From Calcarisporiella thermophila CBS 279.70 (Eukaryota > Fungi > Calcarisporiellomycota): a stretch of 64,000 bases of DNA. Within the stretch, counting starts at the first letter, position 1. The number at the start of each line of letters is the position of its first letter. Below the pieces are notes generated by a model. That model saw nothing but the letters and a program-made list of their open reading frames with translations, ran no database searches and was not told where the DNA came from. Positions 25,504 to 38,000 of the stretch are shown here, piece by piece. The stretch covers positions 173,530-237,529 of the forward strand of contig NW_027192193.1 of the NCBI RefSeq assembly GCF_041956535.1. Reading direction: 5' to 3'. Made by a program: the position numbers and the translations under genes.

Positions 25504-27262
25504 ATTAAATAAATACAATTAACAATAAATAAATAAATGAATGCGAAGGGGGGGGAGGGGAGAATGGAGGACCGTTGCTGGGCGGGGTGTGCGTTTATAA
25601 AAACGCTGGTGCAATCAACGCGACACGGCCACCATTGGCCCGCAAAGTAATTCGGGCTCCGGTGAGTAAAAACTTAGTCTCGCGTGTGTGACATTTCGGT
25701 TAAGAATAGAGAGAGCAGAGGCCTCGGAACGCACCAGGAGGAAGGCGAAACCTTCCGAAAGATCAGGGAGGCCCAAAGATCAGCCCTGGTCCACGGGGTA
25801 TTTGAGATATGGTGGCCTTAGAGGGCGAGCCGCATCGCTTTGGAGCGGCGTCTTTGGCGGGAGGCCGTGTTCTTTAATCAGCGCGAATTTTGAGTTAGAG
25901 ATCTGAAAATAAATAGAAGCTGGTGAGCCCTTTCGGCCATAGACGCTTGCCCCGCTTTGGTTTTAAACTCGGCCGCAAGCCATCCAGGAATGAATTTTCC
26001 ACCAGGAAAAATAAAAATGCTTGTCGCTGTGAATGACACCCCTCCAAGGCTCGAACACCCTTGGCCCGCTGGGGAAATGGGCGGGTAAAGGCGGGAGGAA
26101 GGGAAGCGGCTCCTGGTGCGCGGGTGTGAGGAGAGGAGGAGAGTCCGGCTAGAGGTGGGGAGGCGACGCCAAGCTCCGTTGGAAATCTTCCCACTCATAT
26201 ATGACTAATTGGATAGGCAGAGCTAAAAAGTCTTATCCATTGTCTTGTAGAGTAAGACGCAAAAGCATTGCAAAGGAGAAGAAGAGAAACGGGGTGATAA
26301 GAAACAGAAAATAGGCAGAGTGCAGGGGAAGTGACGGTTATATACTCTTTTAATAAGAACATACATGGATCCATAAACTTGGGGAAATAAGCAATGCATT
26401 AAAAACACATAATTTAGCGGAGGAAAAAAAAAAAGAATGTTGTTGATTTGGCGCTCATCTTGCGAACCCTCGCACACACTATCGTCGACGCTCGAAATAG
26501 CTAGACTGTCCCAGGGCAGCCACCGACACGTCGAATACCCATTCCCCAAAACTCAAGTATCGTTCGATTATCCGACGTACATCACGACTCTCTATTTTGT
26601 TGGTTGCCAAGCTGTAATGAATCATGGAATTAGAATGAGTTACCAGCCGATGCCGGATTGGATTGATCTCCCGGGATGTGAAATAGGGTTAAAACAAACT
26701 ACCTAAGGCCGGTCGATCGCTTAATGCCTGCCAAGCAAGCAGCAATAAGGACTGCGTCGGCAGCAAGGTGGAACAGTTTTCCAAGACCGAACATATCAGA
26801 GACCTGATGCTTCAGCAGCTATATGACGCACAAGAAAGAAGATTCTACACTGGCGCGGAAAAAAGGAGCAGAACAAATGAGCTGTGATTGCCAACAAGGA
26901 GAAAGGAGAGTTTTGTTGAGCTATTAAAGGCTACTAGAGGAGATTGCAAAGAAATAAGCCACACAACCCACACCTCTTCAGTGGCAGATAGCACAGTGAA
27001 GTGTTGTTATATTTGCTGACGTAGCAATTGGATGGGTCGGATCAGTTCTAAATCACTATTTTATTGTAATTTTGGTATTTGAAACTTTTCAAGTCAGTTT
27101 CATAAAGTGTGGTAAGAACACATTTCCATTCAAAGCTTCTTTATCATACATATTTAAAAAATCGAATTACTCATACGCGAATCTAAATAAATGTGGCTGG
27201 TTCCACGTGACTAAAATTCAAGCACATTGGAGAGATTTCCGACAGTATTTTTTGTCGGATAT

Positions 27263-27320
27263 GTATTTTATCTGTATTTTTGGTATTTTATCGGTATTTT
27301 TGTAATTTATCGGTATATTG
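27263..27320. repeat. 20-bp tandem repeat, about 3 copies (GTATTTTATC[T/G]GTATTTTTG)
   Basis: Units at 27263-27282 and 27283-27302, with a degenerate third copy. Confidence 0.7.
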
Positions 27321-28967
27321 ACAGCTAGTGCCAGTATAAAGTGGACAGATGCCGACAAATTTTTTCGAAAGTAGCTATTTAGCTGCGTGTCCGCTTCCCC
27401 CCCTATAAAACTCTGTCGATTTGCTCAGCTGAAAGTTACACTTGATTTTAACTCAACGAGACTCGTTCCCCATAGCCAGATGTCTGGTCGCATTACAACG
27501 TGTACAAACAAAGACCCAAATGCCGACATGTTGCGTCGGTAGCTACCTGACATCTGGAGCTAAAACTCTATTGCGATTCTCTGCGCACACACTGCCGTTG
27601 CGCTCTCTACGAGAATGGTGCCATGGCCGCTACTGCATTTCCGAGGCCGTGTACCTGGCGATTTCCCAAACGGCCGAGCTAATACCTCTTTCCTTATCAA
27701 TACCACGCTGATTTTTACGAGTGCTGGCTTACAGTGCGTTGCGCATGGGAATCAATGGATTCTCTCCCAATATTCCATACCCACCTCTTCTTTCATGAAT
27801 GATAAACCAAAGTGTTGTACATTTCTAACGCAGCATAAATCAAAAGGGTCACCCCCCTCGCTAATGAGGAGGAAACGAGCCGGCCACGCCCGGCCGATGA
27901 AGGATATTGGGTGGTTTGAGCGAGGAAAAGGGATTTGGTAAGCAAATTGTGCAGAGGAATGACAAGCTTCCTAATCCGTCCACCCAGGAATCCCCCAACT
28001 AGGAGTGCAACAAGATCCTCTAAAATAGGAAAGTGAATCTTCCATATTATCCTATCTTGGGAAGTCTCGACGAAATCTTCGAAAAAGGGCCTGAGGTATC
28101 TAGATCAACCGCGCTTGATGGATCTTTCTCCCTGTCGGAGGCTTTGTCAGCTCTACTGCGATATCTCGACCGTTTTTTTTTTTTTTGAAATAGCGGGGCA
28201 TTCTCCCACTAATGTGTGAGTCTTGGATGAAGTAAAATGAAGACAAGTGGGGAGTGCAGAAGCCCTGGTTGCGGATCTGTGTTCGACCCAGCAGCCAATT
28301 CCATTACTCATCGAGATGAGAGCTTGAGTCATCACAAAGGTGTCGGTTAATATGGGACAGTCCTATCCAGTGGGCTGCTTATGGCAGCAAGGATGTACTG
28401 AGCTAGAGCCAGCTCAGGCGGAGGCAGGCAGCAAATGCTGGGCCGAGAGCGGCCCAGCGCTGAGCCGAATTCTGCAAATGGCGGGCCGAGGACGGGCCAG
28501 CTCGTAGCAGGAGAGCGCGAGCTTAGTTTTTCCTAATCGCGCAGCGTGAAACCGACTGAGAGAAAGAGGAGGAAGCTAAGGCCATATTAGGCAAAATTCT
28601 GCTTTTGGGCAATCGTCCTCTCAGAACCCGCTGCGATCTCCGGCACAAATTGACATTGCTGGCCAAACTGGGGAAAAAAGAGCCAGAACCTCACCACCCA
28701 GCAAATTGCCCCGTTTAGGCAAAAGACGGCCTCCCAGGCGGGAGGCCCCCAACCTTATTGAGTTCGCCCGTTATAGCAATATGTGGGTTTGGGCCTGCCG
28801 TCCACCGCCATTGCCCGTTTTGCTGCCTTTCCTTCTTGGTGTATTTTATCCCTCTTCAGTCGGATATAGGTTTGCTTGAAACCTGCTCGACTTGCCTATA
28901 AATATTCTTCTCGCGCTCTCGCCCCCCGCTCGCCGTTCCGTCCTCCCCAGCTGCCATCCCCACCATC

Positions 28968-29510
28968 ATGGAGATCATCAAGCCGCAATCTCCCCAGCGC
29001 ATTAGCCTCCCCCCCATCAGCACCCTCTTCGGCTACTCCCGCCCGCCCGCTTCAGCGCTGCTCACCATCGATTCATTCCAGCATCGGCATGCCACCGCCC
29101 CTCATTCCTCAGCATCGCATACCCCGCCCCCCCTTCATCTGGAGCCACTCTCCCGCGGCCCATCCACGCCCGCCGCTGCCGCCGCCGCCGCCGCCACCGC
29201 CTCCCCCCACTCGACCCAAAAGCTGACCATGGGCAACCGAATTAGCCGGAAGACGCCGGGAAACGGCTACTTTGTCTGGCGTTGCGCGCCCGTCAAGACC
29301 TGCTCTGTGCAAGCGTCCGATTTCGACAAGAGAAAAGAGGCGGGTCGCGGCAGAACGAATTCCACTGCTGCGCAAAAGCAGCGGCCCTCCAAGGGCCTGC
29401 AGGTCCCCCATACCTCTCGATTCAGAGTCATCAAGGATACCAAGCGCTCCACCTATAAGGCCGCGAAACTGGAAAACGTTCGGGCGTGGATTCTTGAAGA
29501 GCGAACATAG
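28968..29510 (+). CDS. Hypothetical 180-aa intronless basic, low-complexity protein with an RISLPPISTL motif
   Basis: TATAAATA at 28897-28904, good ATG context (CATCATGG), GC-rich codon usage, drop to AT-rich sequence after the stop, poly-Ala tract. Confidence 0.6.
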   Translation: MEIIKPQSPQRISLPPISTLFGYSRPPASALLTIDSFQHRHATAPHSSASHTPPPLHLEPLSRGPSTPAAAAAAAATASPHSTQKLTMGNRISRKTPGNGYFVWRCAPVKTCSVQASDFDKRKEAGRGRTNSTAAQKQRPSKGLQVPHTSRFRVIKDTKRSTYKAAKLENVRAWILEERT

Positions 29511-29796
29511 GCGGTGGCAACCGAGCAGCAGCAATCCAATCCTAGTACTTAATGCCTTGTATTTTATGGACTTTATGTATGGTTTTTCTGAATTGTCTGA
29601 ATTTGTTGAACTTTCCCTGTATTTATTTTGCAAATCCTAGTAAAGGCTAGTGGTTTTCCATGGTTGACACCAGGAGACTAGCATTGCATGGCTGGTGAGG
29701 AGGGGGATGTGCAAGGTGCTGCTTGGCTTAGGAACAAAAAAAGCTCAAGGCCCGTGTGTCGATCTAATCTGCACATTCATGGCAAATGCATTTGCG

Positions 29797-30612
29797 TTGC
29801 TCAAAAATGCTCACTCCATCATGGTCCTCTCCATTCTAAAGTCATTCAGCACGGATTCCCAAGTCGAACCACCCTCCAACGTAAATATTCAAGGATTAGG
29901 TCAGGCCTATTGGANNNNNNNNNNNNNNNNNNNNNNNNNNNNNNNNNNNNNNNNNNNNNNNNNNNNNNNNNNNNNNNNNNNNNNNNNNNNNNNNNNNNNN
30001 NNNNNNNNNNNNNNNNNNNNNNNNNNNNNNNNNNNNNNNNNNNNNNNNNNNNNNNNNNNNNNNNNNNNNNNNNNNNNNNNNNNNNNNNNNNNNNNNNNNN
30101 NNNNNNNNNNNNNNNNNNNNNNNNNNNNNNNNNNNNNNNNNNNNNNNNNNNNNNNNNNNNNNNNNNNNNNNNNNNNNNNNNNNNNNNNNNNNNNNNNNNN
30201 NNNNNNNNNNNNNNNNNNNNNNNNNNNNNNNNNNNNNNNNNNNNNNNNNNNNNNNNNNNNNNNNNNNNNNNNNNNNNNNNNNNNNNNNNNNNNNNNNNNN
30301 NNNNNNNNNNNNNNNNNNNNNNNNNNNNNNNNNNNNNNNNNNNNNNNNNNNNNNNNNNNNNNNNNNNNNNNNNNNNNNNNNNNNNNNNNNNNNNNNNNNN
30401 NNNNNNNNNNNNNNNNNNNNNNNNNNNNNNNNNNNNNNNNNNNNNNNNNNNNNNNNNNNNNNNNCGCAACGGGTCTGACCGGTGGACATGATTCTTGAAG
30501 AATTACGTTGGAGGGCGGTTCGAGCTGGGCATCCAGATGCAATGACTTTAGAATAGAGTGGTCGATGATGGGGACATTCTTGAGAGGATGGAGCGAGCAT
30601 CTTTCAGTGCAA
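29797..30612. repeat. Diverged inverted repeat arms flanking the gap (about 29797-29914 versus 30465-30612)
   Basis: Left ATTCTAAAGTCATT...TCGAACCACCCTCCAACGTAA...TTCAAG matches the reverse complement of the right flank ATTCTAAAGTCATT...TCGAACCGCCCTCCAACGTAA...TTCAAG. Confidence 0.8.
29915..30464. other. Assembly gap (550 N)
   Basis: Run of N. Confidence 1.
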
Positions 30613-31235
30613 TGGCTACGCTATGATGAGCGGGGATGAATGGCGGCCGCGTTAGCTGAAGATGCTATGGGAAAGCTAAGCGCCTTTGGCGATGGCGCGG
30701 ATTGAGTAGGGAGAGTGCTGCCGAAGACGGCGGCGGGGAGAAGCAAAGGGGCCTTTTTCCGCTTACTTAAGGTGACTGGCCTCGAAATCCGTGTTAATCC
30801 CGTCTTGGCTGCAAGTCTTCGAGAAACTGCGGTGTGTGTTAGAGTTGAAGTGCATCCTTCTCCCCAGCCCGTGTTACTGGCGAAAAAGTTCGTGGTTTGT
30901 TTTGGAAGGGTGCTACGTCGCACGAAAAAAATGTTTCTGTCGACGTCATCAATTTTATTTTTCTTCTTTTTTTTTTTTGTCCCCTTGTTTTATTTTTTTT
31001 CTGCCCACTGTCCTTCTGCTTCCCAAAATTGAAATCATCGATCCCGCCTTCGCCTTGATCTCTTGTTGTAATTAATCTAACAACCTCTGGCTGGATTGCA
31101 CACGCTTTGCGAAGATCGGGAGACAAGAAAAATCGGCTTTCCATTCATCGATTCGCCCTAATTTTCATTATTCAACCCCTGTTAAATTCTCTTCTCTCTC
31201 TCTCTCTTTCTCTCGCAATTCCCCCTCTTCCACCC

Positions 31236-32892
31236 ATGTCTCCTGCATTGGATAGGTCTCTGGTATCGCTAACCATGCAAAATGAAGCCAAGCCCATTTA
31301 CTCCGCTTCTCCCTTCCCTCTCGATGCCTCTTCTCTAGCAACAGAACAACCCCTCACCTCCCCTTCATCCGCACTAGACATCAAATCCATGCTGAATCCA
31401 GAGCCGGAGTCCCCGCCGCAGAGCGTTCCATCGCCGCCCCGGGCCGCCACCCCTTCATCTAATCCCCCCGAATACTGCTCCACCTCGCCCAGCATCCCCT
31501 CTGCCCCCTATTTCCCCCCCTCCTCATCCGCCCCCCCTTCTCCGCAACTTGCCGAATCAACCTCATCGCCAAGACTATCCTCCACCCCTCATGCAGAAAC
31601 TACGGAATCGAAAATTCAGCTCGCAGCGCTCTCCAGCTCATCTTCATTACCCATAGATTCGCTTCCGGAACAAAACGACCTCTCTCCCACAACATCATCC
31701 GATGGTCGTAGTAGACTTCCGCTCAAAAAGCAATTTCATCGTGGACCGACCCCCGTGGCCACATCCAAACCGGAGGAGCGCCTCATCAACGACATGCCCC
31801 CCCCGCTCAATTCTCCATCCCCATCCCTTTCCAAAAAGCGTCCCGAGCCCCAACCTTCTCATTCCTCTTCAACAGCGCTACCGGACAGCGCATCGACTAC
31901 CTCCGCAAAAAGAGTGAAAACCTCGCACCCCTCTTCGCTGGCAGCAGGGGGGGAGCAGGTGCGCGCGTCTGACTCATCCGAGCTCTATTGCTTATGCCGA
32001 CAGCCCTACGACCCAACCCTATTTATGATTGCCTGCGATGGCTGTGACCAGTGGTATCATGGAGGATGCGTGGGGGTGAACGAAGCTGAGAGTGAGCTGG
32101 TGGACTTGTATTATTGTCCGACCTGCACCGGTGGGTGTTTCTTTTTCCATAGGCTGGTTTTCTAGGTGTAGCTGAATAGTTTTCTTTCCCTCTCCTTTAG
32201 CCACAGGGAAGAAGTCATCCTGGAAGACAAAGTGCTCAAGCCCCTCTTGCCAGAAGCCCGCGCGTGTACCAAGGTCAAAATACTGCTCCGATCAATGCGG
32301 GCTTCATGTCGCAAGGCTTCGGCTACGCCTATTTCAGACAAGGCAACGTCAGCAGGAGCAACAGAAACAGGAGAATAAGCCCAGCGCGGACCTTGGGGTG
32401 TCAAGGGCGGAACGCGACGACCGAAAGCGCCTGACGGCCGTCCGTGACCAGAAGGTCCAGGTCCGCCGGGAGCTGAAGAGCATCGGCGAACGCGCTTCTC
32501 TGTTGAGGAGAGTGATTCAGAACGCAAAGGCGGCCGAGGCCCGTGCAACAGCAGCAGGAGAGGAGGTGGTGTGCGGGTTTCAAGCCTGTTTGGTGAAGGA
32601 GACCCCGGGCGAGTTAGCTTCTCCCCCGCCGGACGACGAGGAGCTCAACAGAGGGCTGGCAGAGGGCATGACGATCGCCAATGAGGAAGGGCTGTGCCGC
32701 GTTCCCCGGCGCAAGTGCTCGAAGCACCAAGGGTGGCAGACGCTCAAACTCGCCGAGTTGGATCAGGACAAGGCCTTCCAAAACCGCCTGCTTGCCGACC
32801 TGGAGCGCGAGGAGCGGCAGCTGATCGCGAGGATGCAGAGGAGGAAAAACGACCTCGCCGCAAGGGTCCTCCACGGGACCGTGGAACACTAG
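31236..32892 (+). CDS. SPP1: COMPASS/Set1C PHD-finger subunit Spp1 (CXXC1-like); 2 exons
   Basis: PHD LYCLCRQPYDPTLFMIACDGCDQWYHGGCVG...YYCPTC; second exon KCSSPSCQKPARVPRSKYCSDQCGL; C-terminal CRVPRRKCSKHQGWQ and coiled coil. Confidence 0.88.
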
Positions 32893-33475
32893 TTTTCTCG
32901 CGCTGCTCCCGGGTTTTTGATCTTTTTTTTTCCTTCCGCTATCTATATATAAAAATGGTTTTCTTCGCTTTTCGGTTTTTTTTTTTTCTTTTCTTTTTTC
33001 AGAGCAGAAAAGGGTGTGACATCACAAAGCTCTCCTCTCTTTCTCTCCCCCCCTTTCTTTTTATATAGGAATCGAAGTTGCATTATATATATTTTTGGGA
33101 CGCTGACACGCTAGCTCATGTATACGCCGCTGTATAGGAGCTGTGTGTGGGTGTCGTTTGCGTATATTCTCACCCTTTCCCCTCCCCTCCTACCTCTCTT
33201 CTTTCTATTTCACCCCCCCTTGATATATATATATATTATTTCTTTTAATTTTTCCTTTGCTCATCTGTATAGTATTATTATTAGTGGTTTTATTGTTTTT
33301 GTATGCCTGCTTCGTCGTTTTTTTTTCTATTTTCTGTCCCCCTCTACTTCTCTCTCTTCGTTGGTTAAAAGGTTTTTTTAAAAAAAATATACATCCACCC
33401 TTATACACGTTAATGAGTTGGAGATGGAATCTCCCTCCACCTTCCCTTCCTGACGATGAAAACAGATCTTGTGTG

Positions 33476-34716
33476 CTAGGCGTCGTAGACCCCCTCCTGG
33501 GTCACCACCCAGCTGGCGACGCGGTCCTCCGGCGGCTTGACCAGCCTCCCGAGGAAGCGGGTCCCCTCCTCGCCCGACGAGTGCCGCGCCACCACCATCC
33601 GGTACTTCACCAGCGGGTTCCACATGCTATTCGCGCCCTCTCCACTCCGGTACTCCAGGTCCACTCCGGCGCCGTCTGACGCTCCCGACGGCGCCCACCC
33701 GATCCCGCCCCCGGCCCCCACCCCCACCCCCTCCAGATCTTCGAGCCTGGGGTGAGGAATCGGAGCCGAGGTCGAAGTAGGGGCTGAGGCCGGGGCCGCG
33801 CCGGGGGCAGAGGCAGAGGGCGGATGGTAGCCGCGGCGGTCCACCGCGTCGATTTTGCGAGTGGTCACGACCAGCGCCAGGCCCCACTCGCGTAGCAGCT
33901 GCTTGAACGCGGGGACAACCTCCCTCTGTGCTGCGCTCTTCCGCGGCCATTTGCCCTCCGTGGGCGGCTGCACCGCACACTCTTCATCCTCCACCTCGGC
34001 CCGATCAAACCACTGGAAGGCGTCCCCCGAGTCCACCACCACCATCGCAAACCGCTCGCCCCTCCCCTGCTCCAAAAAGTACGCCGGCAGCCTCTTCACC
34101 GTGGCCAAGAGCTCAAAGGTGGTGCGCGGTCGCCAAATGTGGATCCGACGCATACATCGGCGAATAAGGGCCCGAATCAATTCCACCGAGGCGGAGGCAG
34201 ATTCCTGGCGAACGCGCGCGACTACATGGTGGTACATCAGCCGAGCAACGCGCGCCGGATCAAACCGGCCATCGCAATCCATGATTGCCACGCTTGCGCC
34301 TCGCCCCCCCAGCGGCACCATGGTGGGCCTAGTGTTTCCGCCGGCGGTGGCCGGCTCGCCGCCTCCCCCGACGCGCTCGCCCACCATCCACTTCGGGGGG
34401 AGACACGTGGTGAGGCACAGGAAGTACACGAGATAGGTTTTGCTGCTGCCGGGCCCCCCATGCAGCTCCAGGACATCCTCCGGGTAGAGCGCGCCTTGCG
34501 GCAGGAGCTCGTCCAGCGAGGAGAGAAAGGTGGGTCCAAGGGTGGCTCCACGCGAGATCCGTGCTCGGGTGAGGAGCTAAAGTTAAATGATGCAATATCT
34601 AAGTCAGAGAGGTCTCTGGGGCTGGATCGCCATCCAGAGGAAAGAAGAGAAAAAGCAGAAGAGTGCCTTACAGAGAGGCCCGATTCCGAGGTTATGCCAT
34701 CGAGATAAGCTTGCAT
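33476..34716 (-). CDS. XRCC2: Rad51 paralogue, XRCC2-like; 2 exons
   Basis: ESGLS|LLTR N-terminus, DVLELHGGPGSSKT Walker A, CLPPKW...LGGRGASVAIMDCDGRFDPARV, RIHIWRPRTTFELLAT, Walker B MVVVDSGDAFQWFDR. Confidence 0.8.
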
Positions 34717-35066
34717 TGTAGCCTCGTCATTGTAGACAACAAAAAACAGGCTAAAGGCGATGGATTTGCTCTAATGTAGCATCAGTTCAGGGCGAGTGGC
34801 GCGCATTGCTCATTGAACACATACAAGCCACAGACTTTGGGGTGGGCAGCACAAAAAATCGGGATGGATTTGTCAAGGTATACTCGGGTGTATTTTGTAA
34901 AATTAAATCACGACCCTCTTCGTTTTCTCCCTCAAAAAACAACACAGACCCATGGCATAGAATGTCACAGAAGGAGATTCCACAGTGGTAGTAGTGTGAT
35001 GATTGGGATACAAACAAAAAAAAAGGATATATATTCACAGAGGGGATCGATGGTTTGCTTAAGCGC

Positions 35067-38000
35067 TCAAATGCTCATCCGCCGCGCAACCTTGCCACGC
35101 CGCACCTTGCGCTCCTTTTCGGCACTCTCCACCACCATGTCGGGAAGCTTCCCCTCCTTCCTCCAAATCCGCAGCTGCTCCTTGCCGTACTCGTAGCCGA
35201 CCTGCAGGATCTCGTCGTATTTCCCAAACTCCAGGGTCCCGAAGTTCTGCACCGGCGCGCGCATGTAAAAGCACCCGGGGGTGGCCTTTGCCTCCTCCAG
35301 CTGCTTCACCGACGAAACGTACGCAAGCCGCGACTGGATATCCGCAATGGTGGGGATGCGGTTGTGCCGGCGGAAGGGGTTAAGCGAGTTCAGGATCACC
35401 CACCACCCAGACAGAGAGTCGCCATAGTTGACGGGCGACGTGTCGTCTGCCGACGCAACGTCCACGGCAAAAATGGTATCGGTGCCAAGGCTCTTCATGA
35501 TGCTCACCTAAAAAGAAGAAAGCAAGCACGGTATACCAGTGTCAGTGATGTACAATTAAACTCTCTCGGTGCCCTCCACCCCCTCTCCCCTCTCCCCTCT
35601 CTCCTCTCTCTCGCCCCCATCCCAACCAGCCGCTCGCAGGTACCTACCGGGAGAATGTCCATGTATCCACCATCAACCAGCATGTTGCCATTGTCGCAGA
35701 GGGGCGGCATGTAGCCGGACAGACTCATGCTCGCCCGCACGTAGCGCCAGGCGTAGCCCGTCGTGTGGACCTCCATCCGACTCCATGTGATGTTGGTGGT
35801 AACGCAAAAGTAGGGGAGCCACATGTCCTCGATCATCGTGTCGAAGAAGCACTTCCAGATCGCGCGGTTGAACTCATGCCCGGTGAACCACGCGGTGACC
35901 GGGTAGGTGAGGTCCGCGAGCTGCCGCCACACGGACGACACCCGCCCGGAAAACATCTTGGCCGGACCGATCACCCCCAGGTGGTCAGGGTACTTGGCAT
36001 AGAGCCCGCCCACAAAGGCGCCAATCGACGTGCCCCCAATCATGTCGATGGGGATCCCCTCCTCCTCCATCGCCTTCAACACCCCAATGTGCGCGATCCC
36101 CCTTGCACCGCCCCCTCCCAGCACCAGCCCCACCGACTTTCCGGTCAGTCTCCGCGCGAGCCGCGCGAAATCGCTGCGGTTCCCCGAGAAGTACGCGGGG
36201 CTCACGGACGTCCCCTTCTTCAGGAACTGGAACTGCGTCAGCTGGCGCTGGTAATACTTCTGCAAGTTCTGTTTGATGCTCACGAGAGTGAGCTTGCGGG
36301 TCAGCCGCGGGGCGTCGTGGCCAGAGAGGATGGGGCGGCGGATCTCGGGCATGCACACGTGGTGGTGCGCGTGGATCCACATGCGGTTCTGGAAAGCGCA
36401 TTAGTTTGGATGCTGTTAGTCCTGCAATGGCCCAATACGGCATGGCGTGCCACTTACCTTTAACCATTTCTGGGTGGAGCCCCTGTCAAAATGCCGGCCT
36501 GCATGCAGCAGGACGAGCTCCTTCCGTGCCGTCGTCTTGGTGTGCAGAAGGAATCGTTCGAATTCGCCGATGGAGGGGTCGTCGTCTCCCAGCCCAACAA
36601 GGAGGATGCAGTCCGCCTGCCGAATGCAGGTCTGCGTCCACGGGGTGTTGACCCCACTGTCCGCCAGGTAGAGCACGATTCGCGCACGCTCCTCCTGCTC
36701 CGCCAGCCAGTTCATGAGCTTGAGTTTCCCCATCTTGGTGAACGCGTGCTTGCCCATCGCCCCGACCACGGTCGTTTGGTTCAGCAGCGTGGTGGTCGCA
36801 CCCACCCCCTCCAGGGCGGTCTTCAATCGCTTCGCAAATTCCGCGACGGGGACCCCCGCGTTCACCGGCAGCAACCCGACTGTCTTCAGGTTCACGTTGT
36901 TCTTGCCGAGCGACTCCTCGGACGACTTGGTCAGTCTCCCCGCAATGACACGCGATATCTGCAGGGTAATTTCTGGGTGGCGCATGGCCAGCGCATTGAA
37001 GAGTGTTTTGGGCATGCGCGCCAGCTCCGTGTCGCGGATCGCGTGCAGCGTCGAGGGACGCGCCGAGCCCACGAGAACCTCAAGCTCGCCAACGCTGTCG
37101 CCCTGGCCGTATTCGCGTTGGATGTCAATGCCGCCCCCAGGCCGCTCGTTGATGGTACGCAGCCGTCCATTGAGAACAATGTAGATGGAGTCCGCAGCGT
37201 CGCATTGGCGGTATATAACGTGTCCCGCATTGACCTGAACCCACTCCATGGCGTAGTCGATTTGAAGCACTAGTTTATATGCATAAAGGTTAGAGAGAAG
37301 AGTCGGGAACTGCCACCGCAGGCGAGGCCGTTCTGGCCGGGGAAAAAAAAAACTCGTGTAAACCTACCCAAAGGGGAAATGGAGGTGATGAGCCGTTTGG
37401 CGAGCGTGAGAAGTACCCGTGGATGACGCTCCATTATACGATCTAAGCTCTCCTTGCTCAAGTAGCCCACGTACGTGTCAGTGCTGGCGCAGATGTTGAC
37501 AAAACTCGGATACCCGCTCAGTGCCGACAGATACCCAGCCAGTCCCCCCGGTTTCACCATAAACACCGAGCGTACATCGCCTCGCTTATTCTGTTTTGCT
37601 TTATCGTTACCAGCCTCCCGGCCTAACCCTCCGGCCTCCGCACTCATTTTACGATCTATCTCACGTCGTAGCCATTCCTTCCGCTCCTGCTGCTGGGTCA
37701 CCGGGGGAGGGTTTGTCTCTTCGGTGTATGGCAAAATGCTACCCTCGGCCGCCCCATCCTCCCTCTTCACAATGGACACATCCAAAAGCCCGTCGATGAC
37801 GAAAAAGAGGCCCACGTTCCGCTCATTCTCGCGCACCAACGTCGAACCTTGTGGGAAGAAGAGCAGCTCGACCTCGTTCTCGAGCTCGCTATTCGTCGTG
37901 GAGGCCGTCTGGGTCGATTCCGTCTCGAAGTCGTCGAAATAGTCGGACATCCCGGCAGGCGCATTGGAACGAGCCCGCCTCCCGGGCCCCGACGCTGACA

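Noticed and set aside
29688-30600. Long ORFs spanning the N run
   Set aside because: Artefacts of translating through the gap.
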